Assembly: GCA_043228905.1 (NCBI GenBank)
Contig: JBHGNT010000208.1
Coordinates: 1-52,475, forward strand
DNA from: Azolla caroliniana
Lineage: Eukaryota; Plantae; Polypodiophyta
Direction: 5' to 3'
DNA: 52,475 nt
Part shown: in pieces, positions 25,250 through 36,761 of the stretch
Numbering within the stretch: position 1 is the first letter of the stretch
Layout: each line of letters opens with the position of its first letter
Made by a program: the position numbers and the translations under genes
Notes under the pieces: model-generated
The model's input: only the letters and a program-made list of their open reading frames with translations
What the model was told of the DNA's origin: nothing
The model's database searches: none

Positions 25250-27374
25250 CTACAAGTAGCACTTACCATGTTCTCTTGTAAAACAAACATGTATTTCGCG
25301 AAAACAGTTAAATAAATTCGTTTGAGAATCAATTTCTTGTATACAGTCTGCTTTCTATGCTTCTTTCTCAGTAAAATCATGTCTTTTTTGTTAAGTTATA
25401 AGTTATAAGTTATAGCGAAATAGTCATCAGTAGCTAATTAGTTGTACAAATGTAGCTAATTAGTTGTCAATAGCTAAATAGTCATCAATAGCATGAAATC
25501 AACAATCTGCAACATATTCCTCAAATTACACAGTAGATAAGTATAGTGGGAACAAGTAATTAAACTCTTCATTGAATAATGTCATCTCTTTACATATTTA
25601 TAAATTACCATTGGAAATGTCTACAAATCTCCTATAAATAGCTAAGCTCTTGCTAGTAAGTGGAACGAGTCTACATATATTATCCGCATATCAAGCTCGG
25701 TATGGAGTCCACAACCATGCACCTAGTTGGCAACTCACTGTTTGCACCAGGTACTGTTCAGGCATTTCCTCGGGTAGAATGAGACAGCATCTCCAAATAT
25801 TGAAGTAGTGCCGGAAATGTTCTGTATCCAAAATCAATGTATTGTCGGCATTATATTCAGGCCAAGTAGCCCAAAAATAAGAAAGTCTCTTGAATCTTGC
25901 AGCTTCCATTTGCTCACAATTTTCTCGTGCCCATTGACCTTTAAAACGGCTTCGCCATTTTGGGAAGAATCTTGCTAAACACTTCCACACATCTGATTTT
26001 GGTTTTTCACTCCAAATAAACAAATCAAAGTATTGCACAACCCACTCTAGAAACCGATTCGCGTCCCTCCTTGGCAGCATATATCTCACACTCATCAAGA
26101 CTTTATCAAGCTCCAAGATCAAGGCTCTTCTTTCGACTTCTAGTGGTTTAGGTTTCCATTCCTGAAACTGAGCCACTGTTACACCATTTTCTGGTAGGAT
26201 ACGATCAATCTCAATCAGCTCAGGTTCGGCCGACACAACTGGCGTCCTTTTCCTCTTCAAACCCCTAGTCGATTGTGTTGGGCCTGGCTTCACATTCTAG
26301 TGCTCTTGTTTTGTCGACTTATTTATCAATCCTTGGATTACCTCAGTGCATGTAGCTACTGATCTGCTCGATATCAGTCCACTGGTATCACATGTTGCAT
26401 CTACCTACAACACCAAGTCATCCGTGCAACATGCTTGATCAACTTGTGTGACCAGATCACTTGTGTCAGTTGCTACATCTACTTTCAAGATGGGGCCCTT
26501 TAAACATGCCGCAACATCAACAGTATCCACACTGCCATTGGCCTTACGAGCAATAGAATCAAACCCTTTAGACTCTGCAACATCAAAAAACACCAACATA
26601 TTCACACTCACAAAGTAACTAACAGTCTCACAAAACAACATCCTGAACATCAAAGAGTTTCAGTCATAGAACAACACTCTTCAAATTATCTTGGAAAAAC
26701 ATCATAGAGTTCCATTACATAATGTGGATCAAGCAACAACCAATCTGAGGTTTTACTTGTCCAACAGGATAGTAAAACTTCATAAAACCCTAGCAAAATC
26801 CCTAAGCTAACAATCATATCCAACTAAATAGTATTTCGCTCCACTACATCTAGGCCCCTTGACCGAGTAACTGGTCTTGTTCCCGATCGTGGCCCCTTCT
26901 TCAACCTTTTTCTGGTCGGTTCCCCATTTAGCCTTGCTTCTTTCACCCAATGCGCAAGTGTGTCCTCCTCCGACAACCTTCCCATCGCCTCAGCAGCTAA
27001 TTGCACATCAACCGTTTCTTGAACTAGCTTTTCAAGTACAGAGGGATCTGTTTGGACATTTTCAGTAGTTGGGCTCGGTGGGGTGGAATCAAGGTCTTGA
27101 GATTCGAAGAAATGTTGCATCAAGTGTTCATAAACATTGTTGTTGCGAACCTCAGTTTTACATGTTGTTTCCACTATTTCATGGCATTTCACATCGTTGC
27201 CTAATTCAGTACACTGTTCCAAAAGAATAGGGTGGAGCTAATCTGAAGGAGATGTGATAGCAGGACTCTTACTTTCAACCACGTTGGCAGCAGTATCCTC
27301 ATCTGTTGCAACGTCATCAGCACCAGACACATCATGTGTCGTCCTTAATCCACAAGATTCTACAATAACATGGC

Positions 27375-28300
27375 AGCTATTTAGGATAGCTAATTAGCTA
27401 CTTTACTAAACTATGGTAGAAGCTAGGATAGCTAATTAGCTAGTACGATAGCTAATTAGCTAGTACGATAGCTAATTAGCTAGTATGATAGCTAATTAGG
27501 ATAGCTAGGGTAGTAGCTAGGATAGCTATGGTAGCTAATTAGCTACTTTACTCAACTATGGTAGTAGCTAGGATAGCTAATTAACTACTTTACTCAACTA
27601 TGGTAGTAGCTAGGATAGCTAATTAGCTACTTTACTCAACTATGGTAGTAGCTAGGATAGCTAATTAGCTACTTTACTAACTATGGTAGTAGCTAGGATA
27701 GCTAATTAGCTAGTAGGATAGCTAATTAGCTAGTAGGATAGCTAATTAGCTACAATGGTAGCTAATTAGCTACTTTCTCAACTATGTAGTAGCTAGGATA
27801 GCTAATTAACTACTTTACTCAACTATGGTAGTAGCTAGGATAGCTAATTAGCTACTTTCTCAACTATGTAGTAGCTACAATGATAGCTAATTAGCTACTA
27901 GGATAGCTTATAAGCTACTTTACACAACTATGGCAGTAGGTAATTAGCTACTAGGATAGCTAATTAGTTGCCAGTAGCTAGTTAGCTAGTAGGATAGCTA
28001 ATTAGCTTTTTTACACAACTATGGTACTAGCTAATTAGCTAGTAGCTAATTAGCTAGTAGGATAGCTAATTAGCTACTTTACACAACTATGGTGCTAGCT
28101 AATTAGCTAGTAGCTAACTAGCTGCCACTTAGCTAATTAACTACTGTAGTAAACTATGGCAGTAGCTAATTAACTAATAGGATAGCTATTAGTTGCTTTA
28201 ATCAACTATGGTAGTAGCTAATTAGCTACAACGATAGCAGCAAAATAGTTTCCATACTTTTTACGGCTTAGCTAATTAGAAAAGACTAAGCTTATTAGCT
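27375..28300. repeat. Second intronic TAGCTAATTAGCTA array
   Basis: Visible in sequence. Confidence 0.95.
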
Positions 28301-29689
28301 ACAGTATGGTATACTTGTTAGTTTTCTCCACTCATTTGGTAGAGCTATACTGCAATCTCCCAAACAGAATGCAGCAATTCGACAGGCATGTTGAAAACAA
28401 AGCAGATGGTATGTGTGGTTGCATGGTTGTAGGTGAACCAACAAAGACGCAGTTTTGTCCTCCACACCTAACCTGCAAGCGATGCAACGTGCTTGAACTG
28501 TCAATAAATCATTTTCTGGTTCTGCTTTATTTGGTAAGGGAGCAAGAATGTTCAGGTCCAAATCCTGTCTGGTCCTTACCATTCCCTCCACAAAATGTAG
28601 TTGCTTCTTAAGGCAGCTAACTACCTGTTCTTGATGAATGTATTGTTCCTTCAACGCAACAGAGAAATTTACCGATTAATTATTCCTGTTGTTGAAAGAT
28701 ACACCAACTTTGCTCAGGAATCGTTAACTTACTTGAAGCTTATCCAAATTGTAATCTGCAACAGTATTTACACCTAGAAGGTCCAGGTTCATTGAAAGAA
28801 CCTGGATCTCTATTTGCAGTTGTATTTTACGCTGGGGATCTAGTGGCCCCTCTAATTCAAGCTCTTGTTGCGCAACCTATTCTAGATAATGCTTGATTAG
28901 CACATTTTACCCTTAAAGTTATTTATAACACAATCACATACCAGCAAAACAATAGTTACCTGAATCTTATTTCTAATCGTTGTAATAGCGGAAGTAACTT
29001 TGCTCTCCATTGCAGAAGCCATTGTGGCTTTCTCTAAATCAGTCTTAAAAAATGCCAATGTCTCACAGGCTTCATGGACATTTTTTAGCATATAGCTAAC
29101 CAATGTCTCATTTGTATCATCGACATTGGCTTTCCTTGGGTGTCGGTGTGGTGTATGCCCCCGATCTTGCTAGGAGTCGGCAGTTGCATCAATAGCTGCC
29201 ATGCTCCAAAATCTGTCTATTTTTTGTGCCAAGGTCCCCATCTTTCAGCATCTTTTTACCGATGCCTCACCATAGACTGCCCAAGCTACCCTATACATTT
29301 CAGGGTCTCTGGATTCCTTCGCTGTTTTGCAGTACTCATATGCAAATGCTCTAGCAAATGAAACTGACAACTCATTGTTGATTGGGATCTCTTGATGAAC
29401 TTTCTGGTGCAGCCTCATGCAGTCATCGTACAAGTCGGCTCGTACATGCTTCAGCTTGACCTTGCCTTTGACTCTAGGCATTGTATATACTGTCATCCAG
29501 TCTACATCACTAATCAATTTATCACTTAGGACAGCAGGGTCAACACCCTCGAGTGACAGACCATAGGTGTTGTGGAAGTCCTCCTTTGTCTCGCAAAATT
29601 TTGCGAAGTTTAGCACTCTCGGATACGGAGGAACGAGCCATCTGAAATATCATTTTAGAAATCAGAAATAGTGCAAAATCAGAATATGT

Positions 29690-30385
29690 CAGAATCAGAA
29701 ACCCCAATCAACAACAACAAAAATGGTGCAAAATCTTTAACTTAGCAAATCAGAAACCCTAATCATAATTTGTATTCAGAAATTTGAAATTAGAAACCCT
29801 AATCAAAATCTATAATTAGAAGTTTGAAATCATAAACCCTAATCAAAATCTGTAATCAGAAGTTTGTAACCATAAACCCTATTCAGAAATTCTAATCAGA
29901 AATTTATAATCAAAAACCCTAATCAGAAATTTCAACCAGAAACCCTAATAAAAAATTTCAATCACAAACCCTAATAAAAAATCCTAAACAGAAATTTATA
30001 AACAAAAACCCTATTCAGAAATTCTAATCAGAAATTCTAATCTGTAATCAAAATTTGTAACCAGAAACCCTATTCAGAAATTCTAATCAGAAATTTATAA
30101 TAAAAAACCCTAATCAGAAATTTCAATCACAAACCCTAATAAGAAATTTCAATCACAAACCCTAATCAAAAATCCTAAACAAAAATTTATAAACAAAAAC
30201 CCTATTCAGAAATTCTAATCAGAAATTCTAATCTGTAATCAAAATTTGTAACCAGAAACCCTATTCAGAAATTTATAATCAAAAACCCTAATCAGAAATT
30301 TCAATCACAAACCCTAATCAGAAATTCTAATCAGAAATTTATAAACAAAAACCCTAATCAGAAATTTCAATCAGAAACCCCAATC
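29690..30385. repeat. AAACCCTAAT(CAGAAATT) telo-box-like array in the first intron of the accessory gene
   Basis: Many AAACCCTA(A/T)T copies at ~20-30-bp spacing. Confidence 0.88.
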
Positions 30386-30943
30386 ATCACTAAAGACAGG
30401 ATTAAACACAAAAAAAGTAATATAAACACACCTACTGCTACTCCCCGATCTGCGAGACATCCTTGTATGGGACTCCAAGGACTTCACCCTATTCGATTTT
30501 GGGGAAATATGAATCGACACCAAAGTTCAGACAGTAGTCAAAAAGAAAAAATAAATGTTTGGGGTTTCTGTAACTGAAACATACCTGGACGATGATCGAG
30601 CGGGTTCTGTGTTGTAGCTCTCAATCTGCAATGTCGATTTTCTGTTGTTGCGGGAGCTACGTCTGCGTTCGTGCTCTGAGTACTCCATCTGCGTTCAAAA
30701 TCAAACTTAGGCTAAACAGGAAATTGATGACATTGAAGTCGACCTTAGATGATGGTGCTATTCCCCAAGTTCCACTACGTCTGAAACAGAAGTTCAAATA
30801 TTTGAGTTTTTTCATAAATTAGTTTTTCAAATATTTGATTTTCCCACAAAAAAGACTAGCTAAACAAATAGCTAATTAGCTATGGCCATTTTAGTAGCTA
30901 ATTAGCTATAATAGTGTTTCCACTCGCATGCTTTTACCCCCTT

Positions 30944-31721
30944 CTCCTACATCAATTTTTCTTTTTCCTCCTTTAGCTTGATGCCCTTTCCGCAGATTTT
31001 CTTCTGCCTGGCGGAGGTTTTCAGCAGTCTTCTTTAACTCCCCTTCTGCCACTTTCTTCAACTCTCGTTCGTGGCTCCGTAGTGCTTCTTGTGCGGCAAG
31101 TTCGTCCCTTAATTCGGCCAGCTCTTGGGCTTGCGTCGTATCTTTCTCCGGGACGATTTCTGTCTCCGGGGTCTTATTCGTATGTACAGGCGTGGTTGTT
31201 TCTTTATTCTATACATCCATCGGAGTCACCGGTGCTTGGATCTGTGTTGTGGTTAAGGCCATTTTGGCCATGTCTTTTGTGATCCGATCCAAGTCTTGTT
31301 CAAGGCACCGGATCCTTGACCGGGCCGTCTCTAGTTCATCGATTGTGACTAGCAACCGTTCCATTTGCGCTCGTTCTTCCGCCTCTACATATAGTATCAC
31401 TCCGGCAACCTGCTCTCCTATCCATCAGAGCCATTGGCTGTCGGTGCCCTGTTGTTGCGTCTGCACGGAGGGTTGGCTGATGGGTTCACTTGCCAATGGC
31501 CGGTCCCGCCTAACTGCGTCAAGTTGCAATTCCGGCTCTGCCTGCTGACCACTTTGTCGTTCAGGTTCCGGTTGTGTTTCCGCTGGCCGCTCTTGTTCTG
31601 CTTGTTCTTGGCCGACTGAGGAAGGTGGCACATGCCTTACCGGCGCTTGCGTTTCGGGGCTTGCCGTTTCCTGACCCGCCAGTATTGCCTGTTGTGCAGG
31701 GGCTTTTGAGACCGGTTCCAT
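30944..31721 (-). pseudogene. N-terminal part of the coiled-coil ORF of the pol-less LTR element
   Basis: The ATG at 31721 directly follows the PBS. A Q/E/P-rich stretch is followed by coiled coil (MERLLVTIDELETARSRIRCLEQDL); stops are present. Confidence 0.72.
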
Positions 31722-31737
31722 CCTATCGTGGTCGCCA
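31722..31737 (-). promoter_or_regulatory. Primer-binding site, tRNA-Arg(TCG)-like
   Basis: TGGCGACCACGATAGG lies 7 nt downstream of the 5' LTR and is complementary to the ...GTGGTCGCCA end of tRNA-Arg(TCG) as I recall it. Confidence 0.7.
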
Positions 31738-31744
31738 AAAACTG

Positions 31745-32204
31745 TGTTAATCCTTAGGGCCGGACAACAGCCTAACACAGGGTGTCCACTTAAGACACTT
31801 CACCAAAGGGTGTTACGGCGAGATAACTTACGACACAATGCTTAATTGGACCTTAATCGGTTACTTAGTAATACTTCATTAACACGCGTAAGATATACAA
31901 TAAGCACAGAACGGTGAACAATACTCAATGATTAAACAAAAGGTTTATATTACTCTTCATTAATGACTACATTGTAACCGAGCCTTTATATAGGTCACCG
32001 GTGCAAAGTACAAAACGGTGCCAACCGGCACCTATTCGGGATCGGTCTGGATCCAGATCGGCATACCGATTCCGGTCCGTCCGTCCACATCTTCTCATAT
32101 ATTAATATATTAAGACTAGTAATTACAACAGATTCCCAAATAACAATTCCCCTTTTCACACTCTGGTCTGGACATCTTCTAGCCCTCTTGTCGGCTGGGT
32201 AACA
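31745..32204 (-). repeat. 5' LTR of the pol-less element
   Basis: Matches 13418-13877; TATA-like CTATATAAAG on the minus strand. Confidence 0.95.
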
Positions 32205-32228
32205 CATATTGTATTGCATGTGTGTATA

Positions 32229-32282
<54 letters not shown>

Positions 32283-33413
32283 CTATATATGTGTATATGT
32301 ATTGTATTGCATGCATATATATGTATTTGTTGAGTGTATGTATTGATGTGTATATGCATGTATGTGCATATTGTATTGCATTGTTTTTTTTTCCAGGAAT
32401 ATATCATTTCATTAGTTATAATCAGTTATTACAAGAATGTTGACCTACCGTCGGGCTACTTATATTGCATTGTATCATATTGTATTAATTGCATTATTGT
32501 ATATATGCATTGTATGTATGGCATATTGTATTGTGTTGCATGTGTTATATGTATGGCATGTGAGTATGTATAATGTATATATGTGTTTTGTATGTGTATG
32601 TTCTATATATTTGCATATGTATGTATTGTATATGGGGCATGTCTCCATGTACATATGTGTTATGTGTGTATGTCCTATATGTGTGCATATTTATGTATGG
32701 CATGTGTCCATGTACATAGTGTTATATGTGTGTATGTGTGTATTGCATGTGTGTACATATGTGTATGTGTATTCTATATTTTTACATATGTATGTATTAT
32801 GTATTGTATATATATCACGTGTCTATGTATATATGTGTGTATTTTCTATTGATGTACATATGTATGTATTATAGTGCATGTGTATATATGTATGTGTGTA
32901 TGTACAACATATTGTATTGTATTTATGGCATATGTGTGTGTGTATGTTCTTGACACGTGCATGTGTATTTATTGTATGTATTCGATGTATGGCACGTGTG
33001 TATGTGTGTATTTGAGCATACAATACAATATATACATACAATAAATACATATATATATGTGCATATGTATGTGTATGGATCGTATATGGATGTATGTTTG
33101 TAATATGTATGTAATATGCACTCATATATCCGATGTGTGTGAATGTATGTATATATGTAAGTATTGTAGTTTGTATGGTCCCATATAACCTATATATATA
33201 TATATATATGGAGATACGTGAAATCTGTATGTACATATATAATATATATGTATGTATTGCATCTATGTATGTATATAATGTATGTAAATTTGTATATTGT
33301 GACAGTGTAAATGTATGGATTATATATGATATGTAATATGTAATTTATTTGTGTGTGTGCAACTTGTTTGTATGTATGTCGATTTGTAGTACATATAATA
33401 TGTGATTGTACAT
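32205..33413. repeat. TA/TG microsatellite-like tract (resumes 34276-34530)
   Basis: Visible in sequence. Confidence 0.9.
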
Positions 33414-34275
33414 TTTTTTTCCCCCAAAATGAAGCTACTTTCCCATTAGTTAGGATGGATTATTACAAAGAGACTGTACAAGGAGGCTTAAACATAGATC
33501 GGGGAATCTCCCTCCAATGAAGTTCAAGAAAATGAGACTAGTTACATCGCCTTTCAGACTGACTACTTAATGTAAGTACCTACAACTAAAACGGTGCCCT
33601 TTCATGATGGCTAGTACGAGACAACTCTTGGGGTCGACAGCGAAGGGAGGGTGGTAAGTGAGCCGGAAACAACCATCGTGGGGGCTGGTAGTTCCACCTC
33701 GGGCCACTTCCTCCTTGTGTCACTATAGGCGTGTTCCGCCATTTCTGCCAAAAGCGCAAACGGGCAGTACCCACGCCAGTGTAATGATTGCAAACCTCGT
33801 CCAATTGCCCTCGTAGGCAACTAATAAGCGCAAATCATATGTCCATGATCACTTCCTCCGGGGGCCACACCAGATCTTGGAAAACCTTTAGACAACGCGC
33901 TTTCCATACATACCACAGGGTGAAGCCTGCGATCAGCATCCAAATGTCCGGGAACCTAGGGGATGTGGACTGCAAGCATCTCTCAAATCAAATCTTGGCG
34001 ATTTTGCCTCTCATGCATACGTAGCACCAACTATCCGCATTGAAGGCGTCCGTCCACCTATCAACGGAGTGATCAAGCCATGCCGCAACACTTCACAATG
34101 CTATTCCTTCCACTTCACATGCCGCAAGGAGGCGAGTCACTCTATCCCATACCTTTTGAGCATGAGGGAAATCCCACAGATAAAGCCTTAGAGTCTCAAT
34201 AGGTGAATGGCAAAGTGGGCAGCCTAACAAGCCGCCACGTTTACCTAGCCATTCGCCAACGGGAACCACATTATT
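33414..34275 (-). mobile_element. 5'-truncated L1/Tx1-type LINE
   Basis: zf-RVT-like CPLCHSPIETLRLYLWDFPHAQKVW, short poly(A) (T-run at 33413-33420), and 15-bp TSD TATGTGATT(G/A)TACAT at 33399-33413 and 34276-34290. Confidence 0.8.
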
Positions 34276-35299
34276 TATGTGATTATACATATTTATGTGT
34301 ATGTGTATGTGTATATATAATATATAATTTATTTATGTATGTGTATTTTTTGTGTTTGGTATGTATATTTGTATGTGCATAATTTTTACATATATTCATG
34401 TTTAGTCAGTATGCATGTATAAATGGGTGCAATGTATGTATACACATATTCATGGATGTAATGTTTAAATGTAGGTATATATGCTTAAATAATGCATGTA
34501 TGCATGTATATGTATATATGTATGTATGGTACTCCAAATTTGACTATTGTTTGCACAATATATTGTTTACTATCTCATTGAAATATCTAATATTTCATGG
34601 GCTTATGTAATTTTTTTCTCCAGCATAATTGATAATACCCTTATGTAAATATATTTTTTATGTAGTTATTAATACCCTTATATATATACATTATGTATCT
34701 CAATAGTTAATTTAAACCCCTTTTGATGAACTCACGTGCTATCATACAAGTTTTGACAGTGAAGCCCCCAAGGGAGAACCAGACACCGTACCCTCTTTCC
34801 ATATGTCAACATGTACAAAATTAAAGGAAATGCCAAACATGAAACATAATGTTAACTCTCGATACAGAACATATACATGCATCATAACTGTACTAAATCA
34901 CGTAGGAAAACAATAACAATAAGGACGACAACAACAACACGAACAACAAAGAGGACAACCACAAATAGACAAGAACAAGATCATTTAACAAGAACCCTAT
35001 TTCAATATATCAACATGTACAAAATTCAAGCACCTATAGAAAATGACATGCATGTACAAGACTCTCAAATTCAAGCATATGCATGTACAAAGCTCTCAAA
35101 TGATCAAGGGAGAACAACACAAACAACAACAACAAAACCCTAAACGACAATAACAGATAGAATCAAACATGTAACCAAATGTCGTTATGGTTGTAGATGT
35201 CGTTGTTGAAGTCTTTGCAGAGGGGACATGTTTGAAGCATGGGTTGTAAGCAAACGAGCACACTAGGAAGAAGGAACACAACGAGCACAGGTCGTTGAA

Positions 35300-36010
35300 A
35301 GACGTTGATGCAAAGATAACACAATGAGCAGAGAACACTTGGAGGTAGAGGGAACACGACCAGCACAACAGAGGTCGATCCAAAGGGGACACGTTGAGCA
35401 GAGAACACTTGAGAGAGAGAATGCGGCCAACAGAGCAAAGAGGACACAGTAGAACACATGAGAGAGAGAACACGTGAGAGAGAGAGCGCTGCCAGCAGAG
35501 GGATACTACAAGATGCAGATGGGTCTCGACGAGGAGAGTTTCCAAAGAACGCCTGAGAGAGAGAACGCAGCTAGCAAAGAACACCTTGATGATGTAGATG
35601 CGTCTCGACGAGGAGAGTTTGTAGAGAACACCGGAGATAGAGAATGTGTCCAACAGAGCAAAGATCGATGCAAAGAGGACACAGTAGAACACCTGAGAGA
35701 GAGAACACCTGAGAAAGATAGCGCTGCGAGCAGAAGGATACTAGAAGATGTAGATGGGTCTCGACGAGGAGAGTTTGCAAAGAACGCTTGAGAGAGAGAA
35801 CATGGCCAATAGAGAACACCTTGAGGATGTAGATGGGTCTCGACGAGGAGAGTTTGCGGGGAACACCTGAGAGAGAGAACACGGTCAATAGAGAACACCT
35901 GGAAGATGTAGATGGGTCTCGAAGAGGAGAGTTTGCAGAGAACATGGGCAAACAACAAGCGTATTGTTGTTGTAGAGAGGACACGACGAGCAGGGATTAC
36001 ATGGAGTTTG
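35300..36010. repeat. Degenerate purine-rich tandem repeat (GATGTAGATGGGTCTCGACGAGGAGAGTTTGC...GAGAACAC)
   Basis: About five recognisable copies of the core. Confidence 0.8.
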
Positions 36011-36718
36011 CAGAGTGAGCAGAGAACATGGAGAATCCTATGCAGAACGTGGAAGAGAGAGACTCAAGAGAGGGAGGTATGAACCTAGGGAATCAACGAC
36101 TAGAAGGGGGAAGGAAAGAGTGAGAGAGACGAGGTACAAACTTAGGGAATCACCGAGTGGAAAGGGAGAGAGAGAGAGAGAGAGAGAGAGTCTAACCAAC
36201 TAACCGACAGTTCGAGATAAAACTTTGCGCCAAGAGAGAGAGAGCGAGAGAGTGAGAGACAGACAAACTATCTTCATGATTGACTGACTACTCGAGATCT
36301 TGTACAGTTAAGACCTCCGTACAACATTACCTAGGATTGTGAACCGACAACCTCAAATGAAATTGACTACAAGAGGGACACTTGGACACATACATAAAAG
36401 TGGAAGGATGTGCAATGTTTTTTCATATTTGAAATCCACTTTCATTAAATGTGACTTTTAATTTTAACACAAGTGATGATCAACTTTTTAAACCCAAATA
36501 TTGGATTATTTTTACATTTTAAAGTTTTTCCTCATAGAATTAGTACTAAACATTTGGCCAAAAGTTGGTACACCGTAGCGTGCTTTGACCCAAAGAGAGA
36601 GATATAGATCGATGACGATGTTGGTTGTGGGGTTTGAAGCCACATACACTTGCCTGCAGGCCATCTTAAGTCGCCCTTAACCACTAACACAAACTAGCTA
36701 CTTGAGAAAGGAATAGAG

Positions 36719-36761
<43 letters not shown>

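Larger units (their letters stand above)
25691..30460 (-). pseudogene. Multi-exon accessory gene of the Sola2 element: unknown N-terminal domain, coiled coil, RING-H2, FCP1/NIF (HAD)-like domain
   Basis: Exon 30460-30432 splices in frame to 29641-28960, followed by 28876-~28733 and further exons. RING-like CIAC...PCNHTYHLLC...FCLGDC. FCP1-like RALILELDKVL...RRDANRFLEW...FDLFIWS...WARENC...FKRLS...DNTLILD. Several stops; the distal splice sites are approximate. Confidence 0.7.
20393..30939 (+). mobile_element. Sola2-type DNA transposon (10.5 kb, two genes)
   Basis: 25-bp TIR GGGTGAAAGCATGCGAGTGGAAACA / GGGTAAAAGCATGCGAGTGGAAACA (20393-20417, 30915-30939), 4-bp TSD CCTT, GRG-type termini and Sola2-like transposase motifs. 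Confidence 0.85.
13418..32204 (-). mobile_element. Non-autonomous LTR retroelement (probably Ty3/gypsy, Tat-like) with an own internal region of only ~1.95 kb
   Basis: 460-bp direct repeats TG...CA at 13418-13877 and 31745-32204, and 5-bp TSD CATAT (13413-13417 and 32205-32209). The TATA box and ORF are on the minus strand. Confidence 0.92.
7705..34761 (-). mobile_element. Putative non-autonomous Pack-type (CACTA/CMC-like) element, ~7.4 kb once nested insertions are removed
   Basis: The left end CACTA-N15-TATCACGTGCGTTCA and the reverse complement of the right end CACTG-N15-TAGCACGTGAGTTCA have identical spacing. TACCCTT-like subterminal motifs and TA/TG tracts lie at both sides, with gene fragments inside. 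No clean TSD was found. Confidence 0.45.

Noticed and set aside
29690-30385. Interstitial telomere
   Set aside because: AAACCCTA motifs are spaced by other sequence and do not form contiguous (CCCTAAA)n.
35096-36203. ORFs of 60-198 aa
   Set aside because: They are translations of a degenerate tandem repeat.
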